64,000 nucleotides of DNA. It comes from Leucoraja erinacea. Its lineage: Eukaryota. The notes under the pieces were generated by a model, which saw only the letters and a program-made list of their open reading frames with translations, did no database searches and had not been told where the DNA came from. Location: the NCBI RefSeq assembly GCF_028641065.1, contig NC_073413.1, positions 12,338,001 through 12,402,000 of the forward strand, read 5' to 3'. Within the stretch, counting starts at the first letter, position 1. Each line of letters opens with the position of its first letter. Below are positions 36,248 through 49,970 of this stretch, piece after piece. The translations under genes and the position numbers were made by a program.

Positions 36248-38832
36248 CTGACGGGGAAGTAAGGGTTGGTTAGACACGGACCCACACACTCACTTAATAA
36301 CAATCGGAACAGTCCAAAAAAAACAAACAAAATACATTTACAGGCAATTATCAGTAACATGTTGCAACAGCTGGTCACAATAGTGTGAGCAGGGGCTGCA
36401 AGTCATGGATTAACCAATAATCTGAACCCTTGGCTCCATTTGTTGCAATGGGTTAATGTCAATGACAGATTCTGTCCTGATGTAAGTGGTGAGCGGGAGG
36501 TAATGTCATTAGCGGCACTAACTGGGCACTAAGAGCCTGTCGCTGGTGGGAATAAATGAGGAGCCGAATGCAAGAACTTGGCACGGTGTCAGGGCCAATG
36601 TCAATCCCAAAGCCGGGAAACGTTGTGGAGAAGGTTCGCCAATTTTAAAATTCAGCTCAGTTTGTCAGAGCAGCAAGTTGAATCTCGACTGTGATGGAGG
36701 TCCGATCCTAGTGACCGTACCACCGGTCAGCTTCACGTACATCCTCCCCCCCCCCCCCCCCCCTCCTACCTCACACAGTGGCTGGGGATGGGGCTCAGGT
36801 GCGGCTCGCAACAGTGGCGGGCAAAGATACAAGCAGGAGGCGGTTCCCATGCAGTCCAGGATCACGCACAAGCAGTGGCAGTGTCAGCCCATCTGCTGAT
36901 GAGCCAATAACCTTCACAAAATTAACATCACAAACTTTTACAGAAGATGGAGGTTGGGGTAAAAAAAAAAAAATAAAAATCACCAGCCAGCCAGCCAGGC
37001 AGGCAATTGTACACAAACTGTGGGGAACTCATGGAGAAAGCCAAAATCTGAAATGAATTAACCCAGTTACAACATCTCTGCTGGTGAGATGAGGGTCCAT
37101 GCCTGGGGCTGCTCCTTGGGTCAGAGGGGAGTCGGATTAAAGCATCACCAGAGCTTGGAGCCCCACCCACTGCAGGATGGAGGGGGCATTGAATGGGAAA
37201 CTCAGTCAGTCAAAGAGGAAATAGAACAATTGAACACAATTAATGTTTCTGATCACATTTCAAATTATTCACGCCCTGGGTTAGCAAGAAACAAACTGTT
37301 TTTGATGCAGTTTCTGTGGGATCGGTGGCGATCGACTGATTGATTGATTGATTGATTGATTGGAAATATTGATTTGCGACTCAGAGTTCGTCGTGTTTTC
37401 GCGTCAGGTCCTCCCCATAATTGGTCACTTGGCTGCCAACAAACATATTCCAGTTGTTTACAATCTCCTGCTTTGTCAGTTTACTGTCCTGTGAACACAC
37501 AGTGCAAGACAAGACAAGGTTAGTGTGAGCAGATGAAACTCAGTGGAGCAAAGCGTGCAGTCCTGCATTCTGGTACACTGAGAATAAACGCCTAGATTAT
37601 TTTCTAAATGGAGAGAGAGTGGGACTTGGGAGTGCTGGCGCAAGATTCCCAAAAAGTTAATTTGCAAGTCGAATCAGTAGTAAGGAAAGCAAATTCAATG
37701 CTAGCATTTATATCAAGAGAACAAGAGAGCTAGCATTCAAACAAGAGGACATGACTTCAGAATTAAGGGACAGAAGTTTAGGGGTAACATGAGGGGGAAC
37801 TTCTTTACTCAGAGAGTGGTAGCGGTGTGGAATGAGCTTCCAGTGGAAGTGGTGGAGGCAGGTTCATTGGTATCGTTTAAAAATAAATTGGATAGGCATA
37901 TGGATGAGAAGGGAATGGAGGGTTATGGTATGAGTGCAGGCAGGTGGGACTAAGGGGAAAAAAAATTTGTTCGGCACGGACTTGTAGGGCCGAGATGGCC
38001 TGTTTCCGTGCTGTAATTGTTATATGGTTAACTGGAATACAAAAACAGACATGTAATGCTGAGGCTCTATAAGGCGCTGGTCAGGCTACAAATTTGGGCC
38101 TCATTATCTGAGCAAGGATGTGCTGGCCCTGGGGAGGATGTTTACAAGAATGACCCCAGGATTGAGTGGGTTAGCATATGATGAGCGTTTAACAGCACTG
38201 GGCCTGTACTCACTGGAGTTTAGAAGGTTGAGAGGGGGACCTCATTGAATATGGTGGCAGAGTTGGTCCCTCACTGCAAGAGGGGCAACGCACTTACCCC
38301 GGGTCTGCCTATCTGAAACAATGCCCCACTTTCTACCTTCGCTCTTCCTTCTATTAATATTTAACGTGTCATTCCGAACTGTCACTGTATGTCATGTTGT
38401 CACTTGTGGGCGGAGCACCAAGGCAAATTCCTTGTATGTGAATACTTGGCCAATAAACTTATTCATTCATTTCCCCCCAAACGCCCTGCAATTCTGACCG
38501 GGTGTAGGAAGTGTGCTTCAGCTACAGGGAACGGTAGGATTGGTCACGGGCCGACATGCTAGAAGTATATAAGATAATGAGAGGCATAGATAGGGTCACA
38601 ACTTTGTCCCTGGGTGGAAGTGTGAAAGGCTAGAGGGCAGAGTTTTAAGGCGAGTGGGGCAGTTTAAAAAATGATTTGCAGGGCAACAGAAGTGGCGGGG
38701 GTAGTGGTGGAGGCTGCACTAAGGGGCAGATTGGGCAGCGCACATGTACAGTACAGACAGGAAGTCAGTGCATAAAGTTGCATAAAGCAGCTGGGGGGGA
38801 ATAACGAGTGGGACGGGACCGTGAAGACCAAC

Positions 38833-39032
38833 CTCGTCTTTATCGGACTCGTGGATCAGGTGCTTGGCCTCTGCCATGGCGTGGTCATAGTCACCAGGCA
38901 GGATCCAGCGCTCCACCTCCTCCTTGTCCATCTTCCCATCCTTGTTCAGGTCTCGGAACCGTCTGAACTGTTCCTGCTCGTTCTTCACCCAGTCTGGTTC
39001 GGACTCACCATCCACCGGGGAATACATGTCAC
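38833..39032 (-). CDS. RCN3: RCN3 coding exon 5
   Basis: (G)DMYSPVDGESEPDWVKNEQEQFRRFRDLNKDGKMDKEEVERWILPGDYDHAMAEAKHLIHESDKDE; EF-hand DLNKDGKMDKEE. Confidence 0.93.
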
Positions 39033-40047
39033 CTGGTGGAGGTGGGTCACCTGTTGGAGGTGGGTCATTGTCAATGTGTCCACAAACATGTCACCTGTTG
39101 GAGGTGGGTCAATGTCAATGTGTCACCTGTTGGAGGTGGGTCATCGTCAATGCGTCACCTGTTGGAGGTGGGTCATTGTCAATGTGTCCACAAACAACAT
39201 TGGCAGCTGAACAACACTGATGTGTGGAGAGACACACAGAGTGCTGGAGTAACTCAGCGGGTCAGGCAGCATCTGTGGAGAACATGGATAGGTGACGTTT
39301 CACAGAGTGCTGGAGTAACTGGGTCAGTGGGTCAGGCAGCATCTGTGGAGAACATGGATAGGTGACGTTTCACAGAGTGCTGGAGTAACTCAGCGGGACA
39401 GGCAGCATCTCTGGAGAGAAGGAATGGCCCACGTTTCCGGTCATAAGGTCTTAAGTCAGGGGTGGGCAACCTTGTTCTCTATAGGGGCCAGGACGCATGT
39501 CCATGAGCGGATGGTGGGCCACATCTATCACGTGTACACATGGATCCCACCCCGGATGACAGGCATCAAATCACGTGTTCACAGAAGGTGGACATAAATG
39601 CTGGTGAAACTCAGCAGGTGAGGCAGCCTCAAGCAATCCTTGCATGTCTCACCCGCTGAGTTTCTCCAGCATTTTTGTTTACCTTCCATCGTTCCAGCAT
39701 CTGCAGTTCTTTCTTTAACGTGTTCACAGAAGGTGTGCAGCCGTGCCAGCGGCTTTGTACAGCCGGAGCTCGGACGCTGCTCGGGGCTTAGCGGGACGGA
39801 TGAGGGGGAGGTGGGTACAGGGAGGGCCATGGATGGAAGGCAGACATCAACTCGGTCAAACCTTTTTCTTCAGTCTTTCCAGTTATCGAGTGTGTAATGA
39901 TCATATGTACCAACAAGGGCACAATGCCACTCTTACTTCAATCGGTCATTTGCTGGAGATTTTCCCGTTGTCCGTCACATTGTACAAGACTTAACTCACC
40001 AAAGTGTCTTAAATCAGGTCCAAAATTACATTCACTGACAGCCTTAC

Positions 40048-40108
40048 CGACATATTCTTTCTCATCCACCATGCCATCGCCGTCCTTGTCAATGTCCTCA
40101 ATGGTCTC
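40048..40108 (-). CDS. RCN3: RCN3 coding exon 4
   Basis: ETIEDIDKDGDGMVDEKEYV(G); EF-hand; 61 nt. Confidence 0.93.
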
Positions 40109-41394
40109 CTGTGGGTGGGGGGAGAGGGAGAGGGAGAGGGATTAAACTCCCATCACTCAATAGACAATAGGTGCAGGAGTAGAGGCCATTCAGCCCTTTG
40201 AGCCAGCACCGCCATTCAATGTGATCATGGCTGATCATCCACAATCAGTACCCCGTTCCTGCCTTCTCCCCGTGTCCCCTGATTCCGCTATCTTTAAGAT
40301 TCTCTATCTTGCACGGTTTGCAGAGATACGCTGTTCAAAGTGGATTTTAATTCTCCAGCCAACCAACATGCCCCATCTACACCAGTCCCACCTGCCCACA
40401 CCGCCCAACATGCCCCATCTACACCAGTCCCACCCCGACCAACATGCCCCATCTACACCAGTCCCACCCGACCAACATGCCCCATCTACACCAGTCCCAC
40501 CCCACCAACATGCCCCATCTACACCAGTCCCACCCCGACCAACATGCCCCATCTACACCAGTCCCACCTGCCCACCCCGACCAACATGCCCCATCTACAC
40601 CACCTCCCACCCCGACCAACATGCCCCATCTACACCAGTCCCACCTGCCCACACCGACCAACATGCCCCATCTACACCAGTCCCACCTGCCCACACCGAC
40701 CAACATGTCCCATCTACACCAGTCCCACACCGACAAACATGCCCCATCTACACCAGTCCCCCTCCCCACACCGTCCATGCCCCATCTATACCTGTAACCC
40801 ACCTGCCCACACCGACCAACATGTCCCCCAGCTACACCAGCCCTCCTCCCGCAGTTCCTTCCATACACACACAGTCCCCCCTTTGTGTGAAAACCGACCC
40901 TTGGATGCCCATTAACCCTCTACACCAGTCCCACTGGCCCCACACCGACCAACATGCCCCATCTACACCAGTCCCACCCGGACCGACATGCCCCAACTAC
41001 ACTTGTTCCACCCGGACCACACATGCTCTCAACTACACTAGTCCCACCTGGACCGACGTGCCCCATCTACACTTGTCCCACCAGCCCACACCGTCAACAT
41101 GCCCCATCTGGACACCAGTCCCCACACGGGCCAGGCATGGTCTGGGGGTCCCACCAGCCCACACCGACCAGGCAGGAAGCCCCATCTACACCAGCTGCCC
41201 ACACTGACCAGCATGCCCAATCTACACCAGTCCCACCTGCATTTGGCCCATATCCCTCCAAACCCGTCCTATCCATATACCTGTAACCGTTTCTAAAACA
41301 TTGTGATAGTCCCGGCCTCAACTACCTCCTCCAGCAGTTCCTTCCATAGACCCACCGCCCATTAAACCCTCGGGTGCCCCCCACTGGCCGTTAC

Positions 41395-41576
41395 CAGAAC
41401 TACGATGGGCTTCATGTAGTCAAACTCCTCTGGGTGCAGGAAGGCGGTGAACTCCTCCCGTGTGGCCATCTTGTCCCCATCCTTGTCTGCCGTCTCGAAC
41501 CTCCGCACATCCCGTTTCAGCATCTTCCTGTAGCTGGCCTTGTCCTCATCATTGCTCACGTCGCTGAACGACTCAT
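41395..41576 (-). CDS. RCN3: RCN3 coding exon 3
   Basis: (D)[60 protein letters not shown]. Confidence 0.94.
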
Positions 41577-42503
41577 CTGGGGGGGGGAGAGAGAGGACAC
41601 GGGCTCAGGCAGGGTGTGGGGGAAATAGAGGACACAGGCTCAGGCAGGAAGATGGGTGTCTGGAACGAGCTGCCAGAGGAGGTAGTTGAGGTTCAATAAC
41701 AACATTTAGACAATAGGTGCAGGAGTAGAGGCCATTCAGCCCTTCGAGCCAGTACCGCCACTCAATGTGATCATGGCTGATCATCCCCAATCAGTACCCC
41801 GTTCCTGCCTTCTCCCCATATCCCGTAACTCCACTAAATAAATATTTTCATGACAGAGATAGACAGAGTCTTGATTAGTGCGGGTGTCAGTGGTTATGGG
41901 GAGAAGGCAGGAGAATGGCGTTAGGAGGGAGAGGTAGATCAGCCACGATTGACTGGCAAAGTGGACTCGATGGGCCGAATGGCCTGATTTTACTCCTATC
42001 CCTTATGACAGGAAGGAACACAACTTGTAAAAAATTATTACAGCGAGTTCAACAGCAGCAATAAAAGTGATCGCAGCATTCATCGTGAATGATTAAAGTT
42101 CGGCTGGAAGTCGGGGAGATGAGGAAGTGTAAATAACTGGGCAGCTTCCAGCATGAGGAAGGGCAGGCATTGCAAAATGGCAGATGCTGGTTTAACAAAA
42201 AAGAAAAAAGTGCCAGAGTGACATTGGATCAGGCATAGGCAAATCCTTCTGGAAATAGGCAACGTTTCGGGACGAAACCCTTCCGGGTTTCGGCCCAAAA
42301 CGTTGCCTATTTCCTTAGCTCCATAGATGCTGCCTGACCCGCTGAGTTACTCCAGCACTCTGTGAAACGTCACCTATCCATGTTCTCCACAGATGCTGCC
42401 TGACCCGCTGAGTTACTCCAGCACTCTGTGTATTTAAAAAAATAAAATAAATGAACACCCGATTTAAAAATCATATCGCAATACAAAGTGAAATGCAACC
42501 AGC

Positions 42504-42537
42504 TGCAGTTGCGGATGCATGCCACAAGAGGACAGTG
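42504..42537 (+). promoter_or_regulatory. Candidate CTCF site with upstream motif
   Basis: TGCAGTTGC-spacer-GCCACAAGAGGACAGTG resembles the CTCF upstream motif plus core; sequence match only. Confidence 0.35.
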
Positions 42538-44540
42538 TTGTGCCATGGAGCAGAAGGGCTGGTTCTGGACATAGCGAGTGTTTTGACCTCCCCTCCCTTC
42601 TGTGAGCCCAGGGCACAGACTCCCTGCCCCCTGCCCCCTCCAGCCACTCCAAGGCATCTTTTTTGTTTTACACAGAGGGTGGTGGGGACCTGGAACACTG
42701 CCAGAGGTGTGGATCACCTGCAGGTAGAGGAAGTCCAGAACAAGGGGTCACAGTTTAAGGATAAGGGGGAAATCCTTTAGGACCGAGATGAGAAAAACAT
42801 TTTTCACACAGTGAGTGGTGAATCTCTGGAACTCTCTGCCACAGTTCATTGGCTATATTTAAGAGGGAGTTAGATGTGGCCCTTGTGGCTAAGGGGATCA
42901 GGGGGTATGGAGAGAAGGCAGGTACGGGATACTGAGTTGGATGATCAGCCATGATCATATTGAATGGCAAATGGTGCAGGCTCAAAGGGCCGAATGGCCT
43001 CTACTCCTGCACTTATTGTCTATGTTTCTATGTCAGTTTAACAGCATTGTGTACAGCACGGACATTGTGGGCTGAAGGGCCTGTTCTGTACTGTTTTTTT
43101 TGGCATATGCACTGGTCAAGGTCAGGAACAATTAGATTGTTATTTACAGTAATGGAGTCATAAGGCTTTGGCTCATTGAGTCTTCACCAACCATGAAGTG
43201 TCCATTGTAACAAATAGAAACATATAAAATAGGTGCAGGAGTAGACCATTAGGCCCTTCGAGCCTGCACAGCCATTCAATATGATCATGGCTGATCATCC
43301 AACTCAGTATCCCGTACCTGCCTTCTCTCCATACCCCCTGATCCCCTTAGCCACAAGGGCCACATCTAACTCCCTCTTAAATATAGCTATTTAAATCCCA
43401 TTCCATTTCCCCCTGATTCTCATTAACTCCTCCTGGGATTTACCACTCACCTCCGCACCAGCGCCAACCTACAGTGGCCAGTTTAGTTTAGAGATACAGC
43501 ACGGAGACAGGCCCTTCGGCCCATCGAGTCCACGCAGACCATCGATCACCCGATCACACTCGTTCTATGCTATCCCACTTTCTCATCCACTCCCTACACA
43601 CTAGGAACACCCGGAGGAAACCCACGCGGTCACAGGGAGAACTTGCAAACTCCACATAGACAGCAGCCGATGTTGGGATCCAACCCGTGTCTCTGGCGCT
43701 GTGAGGCAGCAGCTCTACCCGCGGGCTGCAACCTTGTAGGCAAGTTAACTTTAGATTAGAGACACAGCATGAAAACAGTCCCTTCGGCCTATCGAGCCCA
43801 TTCTAACCATCGATCAGCTGTTCACACCAGTTCTATGTTGGCTCATCCACTCCCTACACAACTAGGGGGTAATTTACAGAGGGTCCATTAACCTAAACGT
43901 GATAACAACAAAAATAAATGAGTTGGGCATTCCCATAAACTAGACCATGTTATTGCAAAACACCAGGGTACACAGAGCAAGTTAACTCCCCAACATGAGC
44001 AGTAGATGTTACTCTGCGGAGGGCGCTCAGCATCGCCAAGGACTGCTCTCACCCCAACCATGGACTGTTTACCCTCCTACCATCCGGGAGGCGCTACAGG
44101 TCTCTCCGTTGCCGAACCAGCAGGTCGAGGAACAGCTTCTTTCCGGCGGCTGTCACTCTACTCAACAACGTACCTCGGTAACTGCCAATCACCACCCCCC
44201 CCCCCCCCGGACACTTATTATTATTTATTCAAATCGTTTGCTATGTCGCTCTTCCAGGGAGATGCTAAATGCATTTCGTTGTCTCTGTACTGTACACTGA
44301 CAATGACAATTAAAATTGAATCTGAATCTGAAATCTGAATCTAGAGACCAGAGGTTTGGGGCTGAGCTGTGGCTGTGGTCAGTGTTGTGCAGTGTTCAAG
44401 AGCCTGATGGTTGTTGGCAAGAAGCTGTTCTTGAACCTGGAGGTTACGGTTCTCAAAACTCCTGCACGACTGATAGAAGCAGAATTAGGCCATTCGGCCC
44501 ATCGAGTCTAGGGGGAGGTGTGCCTGCCGTGTCTCCTTAC

Positions 44541-44734
44541 CCACGTGGAACCCGTACGTGGCGTTCCTGTACTCCTCCCACGATATTTGTCCGTCCCGAT
44601 TGGCGTCGTATTCTTTCCAATGCTTCTTGACATTGTCGTCGACGTACCGGTTCTGTGCCCGCTTGATCCACGCGGTCAGCTCGTCCGCAGTCACCAGGCC
44701 ATCCTGGTCATGGTCAATGCGGTCCACAATTTTC
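44541..44734 (-). CDS. RCN3: RCN3 coding exon 2
   Basis: KIVDRIDHDQDGLVTADELTAWIKRAQNRYVDDNVKKHWKEYDANRDGQISWEEYRNATYGFHV; two EF-hands and the NAT glycosylation sequon. Confidence 0.94.
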
Positions 44735-47026
44735 CTGGAAGGGGGGGGGGGACGAACGAACAAGACGGGCAGAAGGTCAGTGGAAGGGGCAAGAGGACAC
44801 GAGCGGATCAGGTCCACAGCCTCGCAGCTCCAGAGACCTGGTTTAAGAGTAGAATCAAGGAACTGCAGGCACGCATAAAGTGCTGGAGTAACTCAGCGGG
44901 TCAGGCAGCGTCTCTGGAGAACATGGATAGGTGACGTTTCACAGAGTGCTGGAGTAACTCAGCGGGTCAGGCAGCGTCTCTGGAGAACATGGATAGGTGA
45001 CGTTTCACAGAGTGCTGGAGTAACTCAGCGGGTCAGGCAGCGTCTCTGGAGAGAAGGAATGGGTGACGTTTCGGGTCAAAACTCTCCTTCAGACCTTTTG
45101 CAGTCACGACCCAAAACGTCACCCATTCCTTCTCTCCTGAGACGCTGCCTAATCCACTGAGTTACTCCAGCATTTGGTGTCTATCTTCAGTTTAAACCAG
45201 CATCTGCAGTTCCTTGCTGCACAAAGTGTCGGAGTAACTCAGCAGGTCGGGCAATATCATGGGAGAACAATATCCTGGAGGAGCTTCTTGAGGCTCAAGA
45301 AGTAATCTATCCATGTTCTCCAGAGATGCTGCCTGACCCGCTGAGTTACTCCAGCACTCTGTGAAACGTCACCTATCCGTGTTCTCCACAGATGCTGCCT
45401 GACCCGCTGAGTTACTCCAGCACTCTGTGAAACGTCACCTATCCATCCACAGATGCTGCCTGACCCGCTGAGTTACTCCAGCACTCTGTGAAACGTCACC
45501 TATCCATGTTCTCCCACCCGCTGAGTACTCCAGCATTTTGTGTCTATCATCATGAACCAGCATCATATCGGGTCAAAACTCTTTTAGAAATAGGCAACGT
45601 TTCGGGTCGAAACCCTTCCGGGTTTCGGCCCGAAACGTTACCTATTTCCTTCACTCCATAGATGCTGCCTGACCCACTGAGTTACTCCAGCACTCTGTGA
45701 AACGTCACCTATCCATGTTCTCTACAGATGCTGCCTGACCCGCTGAGTTACTCCAGCACTCTGTGTCTTGTTTTGTAAACCAGCATCTGCAGTTCCTCGT
45801 ATCTATATTAAACACTCTTGTAAAGCTCCCACCCCTAGTTCCCTAACAGCAGGATTTTACAAACTGCCTCTGGGTAATGGAGGGAGTGCAGAGTCATCGT
45901 TGGAAGCGGCTTAATGTTTTGGGGAAATATGTAACAGATCACTGGTTGGGGCTTGTCTGTTGGGTTGCTGGCTGGGTGGAAGTGGCTCAGTTCACTGCCA
46001 CGTGTGAGGCTGCTATTGACAAGTCGCTCGCTCCGGTGTGGGGGTGGGGAAGGGAACCCTCTCACTGCCACCTCAGCTCAGGAAGCAGCCGGCCATGTCA
46101 GGGAATTGTGGTGGGAGGGGAGGGGGGGAGAGAGCAGAGGCTGGAGTCTTCAATCTCAGGCACAAAGCAAAATAGCACAACTTCAGAAAGATTCCAAACT
46201 CCCAGCTTGTCGCAGAAAACACAAACCAGGATCCCCGCGGTCAGAGATTGGAATTCAGCTCGTAGCTGGAACGTCTAGTGGCCTGGGAGTCTCAAAACTT
46301 TTAAGTTAAATTAAAATTATTATTAAGTTGAAGGCACAATGTTTAAAGGATTGAAAAGTGCCAACAATAAGTCAAATTATTATTAAATTGAAGCTACAAT
46401 GTTTAGTGGTGTGGAAATGCCAACGGTACAGGATTGTTCACTGAAACATCACAAATGGGCAGAGGTTTATCAGGAGCTTCATCGCCTAACGGTTAAATAA
46501 AACGGCCTTCCAATAAAACAGACAGATGTTATCAACAAGTATTAAGGTCGAGAGAACAGGGACAACTTGGCAGCTAGCTGGTGTAATGCTGGCTGGTGTC
46601 AGCGGAGTGAATGGGGGGGGTCGTTGTGAAGGGGATGAGGGGCAATGAAGGGGTACACGAGAGTGTTGTGGGGGGGGGAGTTAAGGCGAGTCAAAATAGG
46701 GGGGGGGCGCACCAGGGCTGTCCTTGATCCCATCACTTTTGAGGTCTTGTTTTCACTCCTTACCCTTCCTTATCTCTGTGTCCCCTTTTCCCCCCCCGAC
46801 TCTCAGTCTGAAGAAGGGTCTCGACCCCAGACGTCACCCATTCCTTCTCTCCAGCGATGCTGCCTGTCCCACTGAATTACTCCAGCTACTTGTGTCTATC
46901 TTCTGTCACGTTGGGGGGCAGTTTAGGGGGTGCATTGGACCACCAGGGTGGGGGACAGTTTAGGTGAGTGTAGCTGATTTTCAAGGCTGAGATCAGGTAG
47001 AGCATTAGCATTGACATGGTGCCTAC

Positions 47027-47253
47027 CCCAGCCTCTCTTTGCTCTCCTCCGGAGTGAGTTGGTCGAAGGTCTTTGAGCCTTCTCTCCCCATGAAGGCCTC
47101 ATGATCGAACTGGAAGCCGTTCTGGTCGTTTGGATCCCGCTCATCCAGGTCCTTGGAATGGTGCACGCGCTCCTTCTTCTCCGAGGTGGGTTTGCAGAAT
47201 GCCACGGAGGCACAAAGGGCCAGCAACCCCAGCAGGCTTCGCTGCCTCATCAT
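47027..47253 (-). CDS. RCN3: RCN3 coding exon 1 (signal peptide)
   Basis: [32 protein letters not shown]...[29 protein letters not shown](G); acceptor at 47256; total CDS 969 nt = 322 aa. Confidence 0.93.
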
Positions 47254-48794
47254 CAACTGCAGGAATCACACACACACACACACGTTTAGACACAGGGACT
47301 GAGAGCCACGGGCAGGCGAAAATCCCAGCACAAACTCCCCCAATCTCCACAGCCTGGCGTGAAATCAGTCACAGCCACCCTGTTCTTTGTCCCACTAATG
47401 CTGCTTTAACCAATTGTCATGTATTCAATCAAGAACTCCCTCTTGAACCACCACAGGACATTTCCAATACTGGGGGCACTAAATACAAAATATTATTTTT
47501 GTAATGTTACTACTTCCAGGCATGGCATTTCAGGTTACAGCTTGCACATGAAACCTCAGTTTTCTACTCCATACGTGGCCCTTTTGACTAACGTAAAGCC
47601 CGTCTCTTCTATTACAAACTTTATTGCAGGACCAACAATTAAAATCTGTCTACTTTTATCACTATTTCAGATAAACAATCCCCTCTCAAAGTGATAAAAG
47701 AATTAAATGTCAGTAGAATATAAATTTTAAACAGCATGGCATGCAAATGTAATTAAATCAATTGCAGGTAATATTGAGGAATTAACAATTAATTTATTAT
47801 TTATGGGACAGAGAACATGCTGCAAAAGCAGATCACACTCCCCTCAAGATTAATCATCAGATATCCCATTACTCGAGTAACTCAGCAGGACAGGCAGCAT
47901 CTCAGGAGAGAAGGAATAAGGGTCTCAACCCGAAACTTCACCCTTTCCACTCCAGAGATGCTGCCTGTCATGCTGAGTTACTCCAGCATTTTGTGTCTGT
48001 CTGCAGTTCCTTCTTACATACACTAGTTAAGACTTAAGATTTTCCTTTAACATAAAATCATCTTGGAAGTTTATTACATTGATATATTCAGCATTATTAA
48101 TGTGCAAGATAAAATTATTGTACCCTACTCAAATCAAAAAGGTATTCATCAAATTTAATGCCAGATAATTGTTGCCAGCTTAAAGAAGTATAACTGGTCC
48201 CAAGAACCAGTTGATCAGCTCTGCGTGGGATATTTACTTACTAAAATCAAATTTCAGAATTTGCAATACAAAGTAAAACCTTTCCATTACCATCTTAGCG
48301 GCATTTATAGATTCTCAGCTCTATTTTGATATCACAAATCCGTCACGATCTTCAGTAATTATTAAAACATTCTCCTAGAGCTTTCCAATTAGCTTTTTAA
48401 CCCAACCCCAAAACTGTCATTTTACACCTTACAAGTTTTAAATAACATCGAATTGTGCTGAAGCTTTTATCAGCTTACAAAACAAAACTCCTGACATCTC
48501 TTTATCGAATTAATTAATTTGATACAGTGAGAGGCACCAAAGCATAATAATAATTCTGATCAATAAAAGTCTGAAAGGGAGTTATGTGCAAACTTTAGAA
48601 CTCAAGCTTTTTTTGCACAAATTAAATTGAAACTCCAAGGTTATGGGTAATAAAAGTTGAAATGTTTTTACTACAACACACACACACACACAAAATCAAA
48701 GTAGAATAAAAAGATTAGCCTTACCAGTGGGGTTATCAATGAGTCTGATAAGAAGTTACAATAATCACGCCCTGGACCCTGAATAAATACTCAC

Positions 48795-48970
48795 CACGGC
48801 CGGAGAGAGGATTGTAAACTCCTCCAATCAGCGCCAGCCTTTCTCCCGAATCGTTGCCCGAGCGCGTTTGTCACGGCTCCTGCCATTGGTCGAGCTGCCC
48901 CGAGTTTCCCATTGGCTGGGAACCGCCACGTTGACACGGGGAGCGACCACTGCGCCTGCGCGTCGCGCGC
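48795..48970 (-). promoter_or_regulatory. RCN3: RCN3 non-coding exon 1 and CpG promoter
   Basis: GTG|GTGAGT donor at 48795; CCAAT boxes (ATTGG ~48886, 48911); NRF1-like TGCGCCTGCGC ~48951. Confidence 0.65.
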
Positions 48971-49244
48971 ATTGCCTTCTGGTACTTGTAGTCGTACTTT
49001 TTTAAAAAGTTAAAATGGTATCTGTGAAGAAAGAAGACGGTCGGCATTTGCTAAACAACGTTAAAAGACCGGGGTTTTAAAAGCAAAAGTGAGAGGAAAA
49101 AGCGAGTTAAAACGACTTAAAAGTGATTCCACGAGTGATGGACAGGTCATCCTGCCAATGGCGTGTTGGTTTGGTGCAACGATCCTATAGGCTCCTTGAT
49201 TTGATGTACGTGTCAGTTAGTGAATGGGGGCGGGGACAACACGC

Positions 49245-49970
49245 CCTATGTCAGTGGCGACCAATCACAGGTCATGGGGGCCCGGTAAAGTCCCGCCCCC
49301 TGTCAGGGTCGACCAATCACAGGTCACGGGGGCCCGGTAATGTCCCGCCCTATGTCAGTGCCGACCAATCACAGGTCACGGGGGCCCGGCAAAGTCCCGC
49401 CCTATAATCAGGGCCGACCAATCACAGGTCACGGGGGCCCGGTAAAGTCCCGTCTGTGTCAACGTCGACCAATCACAGCGCTCCAGGGCACGGCAAAGTC
49501 CCACTCTGTGTCAGGGTCGACCAATCACAGGCTGTCGAGGCCCGGCGATGTCCCGCCCTCTGTCAGGGTTCGGTCAATCACAGAACGACAAGGAACCACC
49601 CTATGTCAGGATCAGCCAATCACAATGCGCCAAAGCTCGGCAAAGTCCCGCCCTATATCAGGCTCGACCAATCACAGCGCTCCAGGGCACGGCAAAGTCC
49701 CACTCTGTGGCAGGGTCGACCAATCACAGGCTGTCGAGGCCCGGCGATATCCCGCCCCCTGTCAGGGTCGACCAATCACAGGCCGTCGAGGCCCGGCGAG
49801 GTCCCGCCCTATGTCAGGATCAGCCAATCACAGTGCGCCAAGGCTCGGCAAAGTCCCGCCTTATAACAGGGTCGACCAATCACAGCGCTCCAGGGCACGG
49901 CAAAGTCCCACGCTGTGTCAGGGTCGGCCAATCACAGGCCGTCGAGGCCCGGCGAGGTCCCGCCCCACCC
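49245..49970 (+). repeat. 52-bp promoter minisatellite (14 units) of CCAAT and GC boxes
   Basis: CCAATCA at 49261, 49313, 49365, 49418, 49469, 49521, (49574 degenerate), 49616, 49668, 49720, 49772, 49824, 49876, 49928; most units also carry GTCCCGCCC. Confidence 0.92.

Noticed and set aside
36780-36935. Possible intronic C/D snoRNA or conserved element in the last RCN3 intron
   Set aside because: Only partial box matches (CTGATGA, GTGATGT) and no convincing terminal stem; cannot be supported without alignment.
40221-41286. Repetitive Pro/His/Thr-rich ORFs (also 12305-12796 and 49340-49982)
   Set aside because: Translations of tandem repeats, open in several frames, with no splice or homology support.
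48911-48930. ER-stress element in the RCN3 promoter (ATTGG-N10-CCACG)
   Set aside because: Fits neither ERSE (CCAAT-N9-CCACG) nor ERSE-II (ATTGG-N1-CCACG) spacing.
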